DNA of 64,000 bases from Nitrosopumilus sp. (GTDB taxonomy: Archaea > Thermoproteota > Nitrososphaeria > Nitrososphaerales > Nitrosopumilaceae): NCBI GenBank assembly GCA_024644105.1, contig JAHELP010000001.1, positions 20,672 through 84,671 on the forward strand, given 5' to 3'. Positions within the stretch are counted from its first letter, which is position 1. Each line of letters opens with the position of its first letter. This document shows positions 38,435 to 46,586 of this stretch, in pieces. A model generated the notes under the pieces. That model saw only the letters and a list, made by a program, of their open reading frames with translations. It had not been told where the DNA came from and ran no database searches. The translations under genes and the position numbers were made by a program.

Positions 38435-39016
38435 TTAATACTCACCAAAATTATTTTCATAAATAATTGTAGGATTCTTTAGTTGTTTTTCAATTGTTGG
38501 TAAGGATTTCATGATGCAATTATTTACAAAAGCACTGAAAGATTTGATTTGGTAATATTCTCGTAATGTTTCTTTATTGTTTTCATAAATAATTTGTAAT
38601 TTATTGAGAGTAAATTTTTGTAACGGAACAAATCTACTTCGTTTTGGTAATTGTCTTTTTTCTAAATTTTTATCAATTGAGATTTCAAGATCTTGCTCTC
38701 CGTCAAGTGTATCCATATCTACAACTTCCTCCATTTCAGAGACGAAAATTTTTCCTCCATGAATGGTTGATAGTCCAGAATTTTTAGAAATCATTTCAAC
38801 AAGTTTTCTAGCATCTTTATCAGAAACTACCATTTCGATTTTTGCCAATGGTACTGACTTTAAACCAGTAGAACCAACATGTGATCCTTGTGATTCATCA
38901 TAAATATGGCTATCATCTAAATTTCGTTTATCAATTATGTATGTCCCTATTTCATTCAAATTTGTTTTAATTATAGGAAAATTTTTTCGCTTAATTATAG
39001 CCTCTATTTTTTTCAC
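38435..39016 (-). CDS. P-II-like protein with ~80-aa C-terminal extension (candidate ribbon-helix-helix)
   Basis: MKKIEAIIK, KIEMVVSD, GGKIFVSEMEEVVD P-II fold; tail RFVPLQKFTLNKL...IKSFSAFVNNCI. Confidence 0.8.
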   Translation of the reverse strand: MKKIEAIIKRKNFPIIKTNLNEIGTYIIDKRNLDDSHIYDESQGSHVGSTGLKSVPLAKIEMVVSDKDARKLVEMISKNSGLSTIHGGKIFVSEMEEVVDMDTLDGEQDLEISIDKNLEKRQLPKRSRFVPLQKFTLNKLQIIYENNKETLREYYQIKSFSAFVNNCIMKSLPTIEKQLKNPTIIYENNFGEY

Positions 39017-39090
39017 AAATAAAATTCAGAGAAAGACCCTATTTATCAGAAATGGTTATTTTCAAGGCTAGAATTGGCTTTCAAACCTAA

Positions 39091-40242
39091 TTATTTTTTA
39101 GAAAATCCAAATTTTGATGCCCAACCATGTTTTTGTTTTTTAGATGGTTTCATTGATAGATTATCCAGCATTTCATATGTTATAGTAAATCCATGGCCAA
39201 CCATGGTTGCATCTTTATTGTAATTTTCTTTGTTTGGTACAAATTCATCAGCTAAATCTTTGATTTTTTTAGTTTTTAGATCAAATAATCTAATTTTTTT
39301 ACCATTTTCAAGTTTTATTATTGCATCACCACTTAAACCCTGAATAGAAAAAGTTTCAAAGAATCGAATTGTTCCACCTTTCTTTAGTTCAATTACGGAA
39401 TCATAAGTTAATTTTCCACCATAAAATAAAATTTCTCTTGCAGATATTATTACATCATCTTCTACATTCAAAACAATAACTGAATCAGCTTCAAGTAAAA
39501 CAGTGTCTGCAAGATTTTCTGCAATAATTTTTCCATTTGGTGCTAAAATATGTGTTCGGTGTTCTTGAATTTGAAAAACTCCTACACGTACAGGATCTTC
39601 TACTCTAAATTTTCTACCATAAATATTCCCAACTACTACATTTCCATTATCAACAGTAATTTTTGCACCATTATCAATTTTATATTTATTTTCTAATGGA
39701 TTAATAAATTTGAAATCACCATTTGTTAAATGAATATCTGTTTGAAATTCTTTCGTCCAAGAAGGACTAGTTATACTACCTTGCATAATTATTGAACCAT
39801 CATAACAAAAACTTCCCGCCATGAAATTACCTTTAATAGATAATGCTCCATTAGCTTTTCTTTCTAATTCAATTTCCCCAAGAGTTTTTGAACCAAACAA
39901 TCTAGATGCAGTAGTGTTTGATATATTCAAAGCTGAAGCCCAGTCTTGAGCAATTTTCATTTCTTTAAATAATTCTTGACCTAAAATCTGATTTTTTCTT
40001 CTTACATCTGCCTCAGAATCACCTGAATATACTTTGGAATTTTTTAATTTTTCATAATCAGTCTCTGGATACTTTTTACCAATCTTTAGATCATCATAAG
40101 CTTGTTTAATTTTGATAAATTGTTCATTTTCACCTCCACGATCTGAGTGAAATTGTAGAGCTAATCGTCTAAATGCATCACGAATTTCTTTCTCTGTGGT
40201 ACCTTCAACAATTCCTAAAATATCATAATTACTTTCCACCAC
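39091..40242 (-). CDS. J-domain protein with beta-rich C-terminal region
   Basis: YDILG...EIRDAFRRLALQFHSDRGG...FIKIKQAYDDL. Confidence 0.85.
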   Translation of the reverse strand: MVESNYDILGIVEGTTEKEIRDAFRRLALQFHSDRGGENEQFIKIKQAYDDLKIGKKYPETDYEKLKNSKVYSGDSEADVRRKNQILGQELFKEMKIAQDWASALNISNTTASRLFGSKTLGEIELERKANGALSIKGNFMAGSFCYDGSIIMQGSITSPSWTKEFQTDIHLTNGDFKFINPLENKYKIDNGAKITVDNGNVVVGNIYGRKFRVEDPVRVGVFQIQEHRTHILAPNGKIIAENLADTVLLEADSVIVLNVEDDVIISAREILFYGGKLTYDSVIELKKGGTIRFFETFSIQGLSGDAIIKLENGKKIRLFDLKTKKIKDLADEFVPNKENYNKDATMVGHGFTITYEMLDNLSMKPSKKQKHGWASKFGFSKK

Positions 40243-40340
40243 AATCTACACCAAAGTTATTTTTTCAAATTCCTATACTTGTAGGTTATTAAACATAGAA
40301 TATCAAGGATGTGAAAAAATGGAAAAAAGTTCAGATTGAA

Positions 40341-40763
40341 CTATTTGACTACTAATACTGGAACTTTTGTTTTGTGCATAACATAATTTGATGTACTTCC
40401 AAGAAATGCCTCTCTGGCTCCACCTAATCCTCTTGCACCAATTACAATCATGTCATACTTTCCTTTTTGTGCAAATTTGACAATTTCTGAGCCAGTATTT
40501 CCACCCCCAGTTTTGTATTTGAAAGTAGCACCAGCTTTTTGAGTCCTATTCATAGCAGGCCCAATAGCCTTTACGGCTTTTTTTTGTGCCTCGTCTTTCA
40601 TTTTTTGAGTATATTTTATTCCGGCAGCTAGAGGTAAATGAAATACATAAAATCCAGTGATTTCTGCATCACTACCTTTTGCAATTTCAATTGCTCTATC
40701 TAATCCTCTCATAGAATTGGATGATCCGTCCAGAGGAACTAGTATTTTTTTGAATTTAGCCAT
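40341..40763 (-). CDS. Universal stress protein
   Basis: ILVPLDGS, DMIVIGARG, LGSTSNYV, PVLVVK. Confidence 0.95.
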   Translation of the reverse strand: MAKFKKILVPLDGSSNSMRGLDRAIEIAKGSDAEITGFYVFHLPLAAGIKYTQKMKDEAQKKAVKAIGPAMNRTQKAGATFKYKTGGGNTGSEIVKFAQKGKYDMIVIGARGLGGAREAFLGSTSNYVMHKTKVPVLVVK

Positions 40764-40867
40764 ATAAACAAAAAGTATGATTATTCAATATAAAAAACGA
40801 TGATGATTTTCAAGGTTGGGATTCTCCGTTTAAATAAATCAGATCATGTTAATTATAGAAGATACAT

Positions 40868-41551
40868 ATGAAATGGCATTTTGATGATTTTATTTATGGG
40901 TCTATAGATGGTGCAGTTACAACTTTTGCTATTGTTGCAGGTGTAATGGGCGCTTCATTACCTTCTACAATAATTCTAATTCTTGGATTTGCAAATCTAT
41001 TTGCTGATGGATTTGCTATGGCTGTTGGTAGTTATCAAGCAGCAAAGGCAAAAAATGAATTTGTACAAATGAAAAGAAAGCAAGAAGAATGGGAAATAGA
41101 TAATTTAGAAGAACAAGAAAGAGATGAAATCAGAGAAATTTATAGAAAGAAGGGTTTCAAGAATGAGTTGTTAGAAGATGTTGTACGAATAATTACATCA
41201 AAGAGAAAAGTATGGATAGATACAATGATGAAGGAAGAATTAGGATTAATTGAAGATGAAAAAAATCCAATGCATAGTTCTCTAAGTACGTTTGTTGGTT
41301 TTAATCTTGTTGGATTGATTCCATTAATTCCATTTATGATTTTTATGATAATAGGAATTGAATTGTATTCAGAAGCTTTTGTATATTCAATTGTATCTGT
41401 TTGTGCTGCATTTTTTCTTGTTGGAATGATAAAAGGAAAGATTGTAAAAAAATCAAAAATACATTCTGCAATTAATACATTAATCATTGGTGGAATTGCT
41501 GCACTAGTTGCTTATTTAGTAGGATATGGATTGAATTCTCTAGTTTCCTAG
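40868..41551 (+). CDS. VIT1/CCC1 family Fe/Mn transporter
   Basis: [39 protein letters not shown]. Confidence 0.92.
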   Translation: MKWHFDDFIYGSIDGAVTTFAIVAGVMGASLPSTIILILGFANLFADGFAMAVGSYQAAKAKNEFVQMKRKQEEWEIDNLEEQERDEIREIYRKKGFKNELLEDVVRIITSKRKVWIDTMMKEELGLIEDEKNPMHSSLSTFVGFNLVGLIPLIPFMIFMIIGIELYSEAFVYSIVSVCAAFFLVGMIKGKIVKKSKIHSAINTLIIGGIAALVAYLVGYGLNSLVS

Positions 41552-41561
41552 GATTGTAAGA

Positions 41562-42857
41562 ATGTCTGAATTAACACGCCATATGGGATTATTTCATCTT
41601 ACCATGTACGGTGTTGGATTAATTCTCGGAGCTGGTATCTATGTTTTGATTGGTGAGGCTGCAGGTTTTGCTGGAAATTCTATGTGGATTTCTTTTTTGC
41701 TGGGTGCAATAGTTGCATTATTTGCTGGATTAAGTTACTCTGAACTTTCGGCTTTGTATCCCAAAGCGGCAGCAGAATACACTTTTGTGAAAAATGCATT
41801 CAAGAGTCATTTCTTTGGTTTCATAATTGGCTGGTTAACGGCAATAACATCAATCATAGTTGCTGCAACAGTAGCGCTAGGATTTGGTGGATATCTTACT
41901 AAATTTGTTGATTTACCAATTACAATTGGTGCAATTCTCTTAATTGGGATTTTATCAATAGTGAATTTCATTGGAATTAAAGAATCTGCATGGGCAAATA
42001 CCATTTTTGCATTAATTACAGCTGGTGGATTAGTACTGATAATATTTCTAGGATTTACAATTGAACCAGTTGAATCGATAGATTATTTTGAAGCACCAAA
42101 TGGAATTACAGGCATTATTCTAGCATTTGTGTTAATTTTCTTTGCCTTTATTGGATTTGAAGATATGGCAAATGTTGCAGAAGAAGTTAAGAGACCTAAA
42201 AAAACAATTCCAAGAGCAATTATTTTATCTGTAGTAATTACTGGAGTGATTTACATTCTAGTTTCATTTTCAGTGATTCGAATTTTGAATTGGGAAGAGT
42301 TAGCAGCCTCTTCTGCACCACTTGCTGATGTAGCTCAGAGTGCTTTAGGTATCAATGGTAGTATCACTCTATCATTAATTGCACTTTTTGCAACTGCTAG
42401 TACTGTTTTGATAACGTTGGTAGCTGGTGCACGAATTTTGTATGGAATGGCAAAAAGTAATTCATTACCTCAGTTTTTTGCAAGGATTCATCCTAAAACA
42501 AAGACTCCATGGATTGCAGTCGTTGCGATTTTAATTACTTCTGTAGGATTTGCATTTGTTGGAGATATTGTAATAATAGCAAATATTGTTGTTTTTGCAG
42601 TAGTTATTACTTTTGCAGCAATTAATCTAGCTGTGATTGTTCTTAGATACACTGAACCTGTTTTAGAAAGACCTTTTAAAGTTCCAATTAATGTTGGAAA
42701 GTTTCCCATATTACCATTATTTGGATTTGGAACTACAGTTTACATGGCATTACAGTTTGAATTTGAAGTTGTACTAGTAGGAGTGGCTATTATTGGAATT
42801 GGCTCAGTTTTGTATTTTATTTTAAAAAAACAAAATAATTTTACAAATGGAATCTAA
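41562..42857 (+). CDS. APC-superfamily amino acid permease
   Basis: GAGIY, YSEL...PKA, FAFIGFE, AEEVKRP, RPFKVP; ~12 TMs. Confidence 0.92.
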   Translation: MSELTRHMGLFHLTMYGVGLILGAGIYVLIGEAAGFAGNSMWISFLLGAIVALFAGLSYSELSALYPKAAAEYTFVKNAFKSHFFGFIIGWLTAITSIIVAATVALGFGGYLTKFVDLPITIGAILLIGILSIVNFIGIKESAWANTIFALITAGGLVLIIFLGFTIEPVESIDYFEAPNGITGIILAFVLIFFAFIGFEDMANVAEEVKRPKKTIPRAIILSVVITGVIYILVSFSVIRILNWEELAASSAPLADVAQSALGINGSITLSLIALFATASTVLITLVAGARILYGMAKSNSLPQFFARIHPKTKTPWIAVVAILITSVGFAFVGDIVIIANIVVFAVVITFAAINLAVIVLRYTEPVLERPFKVPINVGKFPILPLFGFGTTVYMALQFEFEVVLVGVAIIGIGSVLYFILKKQNNFTNGI

Positions 42858-43489
42858 TTCTTTTTTGATTTTGTAATTGCAACTATTGCTAAAGTAATTC
42901 CAATAATGCCAACAGTAATTCCGAAATATCCAATATTGTTTGACTGTGATTCTTCCAACATTAATACTGAATCTTTTAGCTCACTGACATCTTCAATCAA
43001 TGCTGTATGTCCATCAATCATTTGTGTTATTGTAATATCAGATGGTTCAGGAAATTCAATGTATGAGCGTTCATCAACTTTAGGTGGATGCATTGACAAA
43101 CTAATTGGAGTATCTTCAATTGTACCTAAAATATTTGCTTGATAGAATCCAGATATTGTTGGATTTACAAATGCATAATATTTTCCGGGAATATTATGAT
43201 CTGGAGATAATGGAAGAGTAATGCTTTCATCTTTGAAAATTAATTTTATTTTAACTGTATTTTTTAAATCTGGAATTCCATTTTTGAAAATTTGTTCTTC
43301 TAATTCTAATCCTGGTTCTAGAGGACTGACATAGAATTCAATTGCATTTGTTTCTCCAGAAACAACAGGTTCATTCATCCAACCAATTTCGACTCTATAT
43401 TCGCCAACAGAATCTACCGTGTGCCCAAATGCCATTCCAACTAAACCAGGAATAATTAAAAAAGAGAAAATGATGAATTTTAATTTCAT
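42854..43489 (-). CDS. Exported, C-terminally anchored hypothetical protein
   Basis: Signal peptide ending AFG then HT; IGWMNEP, GKYYA, PTISGFY; C-terminal TM. Confidence 0.75.
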   Translation of the reverse strand: MKLKFIIFSFLIIPGLVGMAFGHTVDSVGEYRVEIGWMNEPVVSGETNAIEFYVSPLEPGLELEEQIFKNGIPDLKNTVKIKLIFKDESITLPLSPDHNIPGKYYAFVNPTISGFYQANILGTIEDTPISLSMHPPKVDERSYIEFPEPSDITITQMIDGHTALIEDVSELKDSVLMLEESQSNNIGYFGITVGIIGITLAIVAITKSKKN

Positions 43490-43559
43490 ATTAAAAAATC
43501 TAAATCTGATTTTAAAAACGTTCTACTAATTTTCACTAAATTTTTGATATTTGTACCAC

Positions 43560-45005
43560 TCAGGCATCAGCATACATTGAAACTTCCCATGCAGTAGGAG
43601 TTTGTGCAAATGCGGTATACTCTTTGTATTTTAGTTCAGAATAAGCATCAAGAAAATCTTTTGTGAAAACATCAACTAAGAAATTTGAATCACTTGATAA
43701 AGAATCGAGAGCACCTTTCAGAGATACAGGAAGAGAGCCAATTTTGTATTCACGTTTCTTTTCTGCAGAAAGTTTGTAAACATTTTCTTCTACCGGATCA
43801 CCAGGATCAATTTTATTTTTAATTCCATCTAGACCGGCAAGTAATAATGCAGATTCTAAAAGATAGATGTTTGCGGTTGGATCAGGAACACGATATTCAA
43901 TCCTCTTGCTTTTTTCTTGGTTTCTGTTGTACATTGGAACTCTAATTGCAGTAGAACGATTTGCTAATCCCCAGCATACATTAACAGGTGCTTCAAATCC
44001 AGGTACGAGACGTTTGTATGAATTTGTTGTTGGATTTGAGATTGCACATAATGCTGAAGCATGGCTTAAGATTCCACCAATATAATATCTACCAGTTTGG
44101 CTCATTTGAGCTAGATCATCATCTTTATCATACATGACATTTGAATTTTCTTTCCATAAACTTTGGTGTGTATGCATGGCAGAAGCATTATCACCAAAAA
44201 TTGGTTTTGGCATAAAAGTTGCAACTTTATTTTTTCTTTTAGCTTTAACTTTTACTAAATTTTTAACTGCAATAACATTGTCAGCCATAGCAATCATTTC
44301 ATCATAAACTAAATTGATTTCACATTGACCAGATGTTGCAACCTCATGATGTTCAGCTTCAATTTTTATTCCAAAATAATTATACAAATCATCACAAACA
44401 TCTTTTCGAAATCCTTCTAGTGTATCCTTGGGTTGTGATGGATAGTATCCTTCTTTGATATCTATTGCAGTACTAACATTTCCTTTTGCCCATGGGGATT
44501 CTTTAGATTCTATAGAATATCCAGAACCTCCTCCTGAGTGAGTTGCTGCATATGGGGATGGATAAACATTGATTGCATCAAATACAAAAAATTCAATTTC
44601 AGGTCCCCAATTAGTATGAGTAAAACCAAATTCTCCAAGCTTCTGTGCTGCTTTAAATGCAATTCCCCGAGAATCTCTATTGTATCGTGATTCTTTGTTT
44701 GTATTACCATCATAGAGATCACAAAAAATTCTTGCATTTTTTCTATTACCAGGATCATAATCATTTGGAAGAACTTTGAAAGAATTAGGATCAGGCATTA
44801 AAATCATATCAGAATTATTAACAGATTTGAATCCAACAATTGAACTTGCATCTAGTTTTTCAAGACCGTTAACAAAACTATTTTTATCAATTGCATAACT
44901 GGGCATTCCAACATTATGTAGCTCACCAAAAATATCTACAAACCAAAAATCTATGAACGATATATTTTCATCTTTAATAGCTTGTAATACTTGATCTGAG
45001 TTCAA
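43560..45005 (-). CDS. glnA: Glutamine synthetase type I paralog
   Basis: DASSI, GPEIEFF, HHEVA.GQCEI, FMPKP, SYKRLVPGFEAP, NRS..IRVP, RIEYRVPDP. Confidence 0.9.
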   Translation of the reverse strand: MNSDQVLQAIKDENISFIDFWFVDIFGELHNVGMPSYAIDKNSFVNGLEKLDASSIVGFKSVNNSDMILMPDPNSFKVLPNDYDPGNRKNARIFCDLYDGNTNKESRYNRDSRGIAFKAAQKLGEFGFTHTNWGPEIEFFVFDAINVYPSPYAATHSGGGSGYSIESKESPWAKGNVSTAIDIKEGYYPSQPKDTLEGFRKDVCDDLYNYFGIKIEAEHHEVATSGQCEINLVYDEMIAMADNVIAVKNLVKVKAKRKNKVATFMPKPIFGDNASAMHTHQSLWKENSNVMYDKDDDLAQMSQTGRYYIGGILSHASALCAISNPTTNSYKRLVPGFEAPVNVCWGLANRSTAIRVPMYNRNQEKSKRIEYRVPDPTANIYLLESALLLAGLDGIKNKIDPGDPVEENVYKLSAEKKREYKIGSLPVSLKGALDSLSSDSNFLVDVFTKDFLDAYSELKYKEYTAFAQTPTAWEVSMYADA

Positions 45006-45079
45006 TAGTGAATTTTTTTACTGGTTATTTTACTAATGTGGTGTTGTAAGAATCATTTGTCAAGTTGGTCAGGTTAATT

Positions 45080-46444
45080 CTAAGATTCGGGATAATCTTC
45101 AATTGGATGTGTAGCTTTGAAATTTTTCATCTCTTCATCAAAAAAGAATTTGTCAGTAAGAGCTGGCTTCAAATCATCTAACCAAATTGCATTTTCGTCA
45201 TATTTTGCAAAGAATGGTACTTGTACCCAATCAGGATTTCTACCCTGCAAAAATCTCAGAACAATTACTTTTTGATCATTTAGATTTGCAGTTCCGATAA
45301 CATGTACTTTTCCAGGTGTTGCTGACATACTTGGACCACGAACAGTTCTAGCTAATCCACTAACTGAAGAATATGCTTTTCTGAAAATTTCATAAGCCCT
45401 TACCAATGGAATTCCAAAGTAATGTTGAGCACCTGTATCTCTAACTACAAACATGTAATACGGAATACAGCCAAGCTGAACCTGTTTTGTCCACATTTTT
45501 GCCCACATTTCTGCATCATCGTTTATGTGTGCTAAGATAGGAGATTGCGTTCTAATTTGTGCACCTGTTTTTCTTACTTCTTTTATTGCACTTTTTACTG
45601 CATCAGTTGATAATTCATTTAGATGATTGAAGTGAGCCATAAATGCAAGATGTAATCCACTGTCTGTAATTTTTTTGAATATATCTAACATTTCTTGAGA
45701 ATCAGAATCTGTTAAGAATTTGTATGGCCAGTATGCTAAAGCTTTTGTTCCAATTCTAATAGTTTTAAGATTTGGGAGTTTTGCATCAATTAAAGCATCA
45801 ACGTATTTTGAGAAAATTTTTGCTTTCATTATCATTGGATCCCCACCAGTAAAAAGGACATCAGTAATTTCTGGATGCTCACTAACATACTGTACAAGTT
45901 GCTCACCTTCTTGCATGGCAAATTTCATTTCGTCCATTCCAACAAATTGAGGCCATCTAAAACAAAAACTACAATATGCATGACATGTTTGACTTTGACT
46001 TGGAAAGAAGAGACAAGTTTCTTTGTATTTATGTTGCATTCCATAGAGTTTGGTTCCGTCTTTTAATGTTGGAACATTTAGTTCCATTTGTCCAGCAGGG
46101 TGTGGATTTAGTTGTAAACGGATTTCATTTGCAATTGCTGTAATTTCTTTTTTATCTAAATTATTTTTTAAAGCAGTTTCCATTTTTTTATAATGTTCTG
46201 GTTTTAGCATTCCTCTTTGGGGGAATGTCAATACAAAGATTGGATCATTTGGAATATTATTCCAATCAATTAATTGTTCAACAACATAATTATTTGCTTT
46301 AAAAGGTAAAACATTTCCTACTACTTCCATTTCAAATTGAGTTTCTTCACTTAATTTTTGAATTTGTGGAAGGGTTCTAAAATTTGCTAGTGTATAAGAT
46401 TTGAGAGAGGGAGAATCATCCCATAATGATTCTTGTTGGGTCAT
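45080..46444 (-). CDS. KamA-family radical SAM/PLP aminomutase
   Basis: GMQHKY, CHAYCSFC, VLFTGGDP, IRIGTK, HFNH..EL, PYYMF, SGLAR, PGK; ATG 46444 preferred over TTG 46507. Confidence 0.9.
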   Translation of the reverse strand: MTQQESLWDDSPSLKSYTLANFRTLPQIQKLSEETQFEMEVVGNVLPFKANNYVVEQLIDWNNIPNDPIFVLTFPQRGMLKPEHYKKMETALKNNLDKKEITAIANEIRLQLNPHPAGQMELNVPTLKDGTKLYGMQHKYKETCLFFPSQSQTCHAYCSFCFRWPQFVGMDEMKFAMQEGEQLVQYVSEHPEITDVLFTGGDPMIMKAKIFSKYVDALIDAKLPNLKTIRIGTKALAYWPYKFLTDSDSQEMLDIFKKITDSGLHLAFMAHFNHLNELSTDAVKSAIKEVRKTGAQIRTQSPILAHINDDAEMWAKMWTKQVQLGCIPYYMFVVRDTGAQHYFGIPLVRAYEIFRKAYSSVSGLARTVRGPSMSATPGKVHVIGTANLNDQKVIVLRFLQGRNPDWVQVPFFAKYDENAIWLDDLKPALTDKFFFDEEMKNFKATHPIEDYPES

Positions 46445-46586
46445 TTTGTAATTAGTACATTTACCCTTGTTAAAGGTTACATGATTTTTACGCATAAAAT
46501 TTATCAATATACTAGAGATTTCATAAAAATTAGAAATAATAATAGAGGTCGCCTATGTATTCTAGAACAGGAGATCGTGTTAGGTA

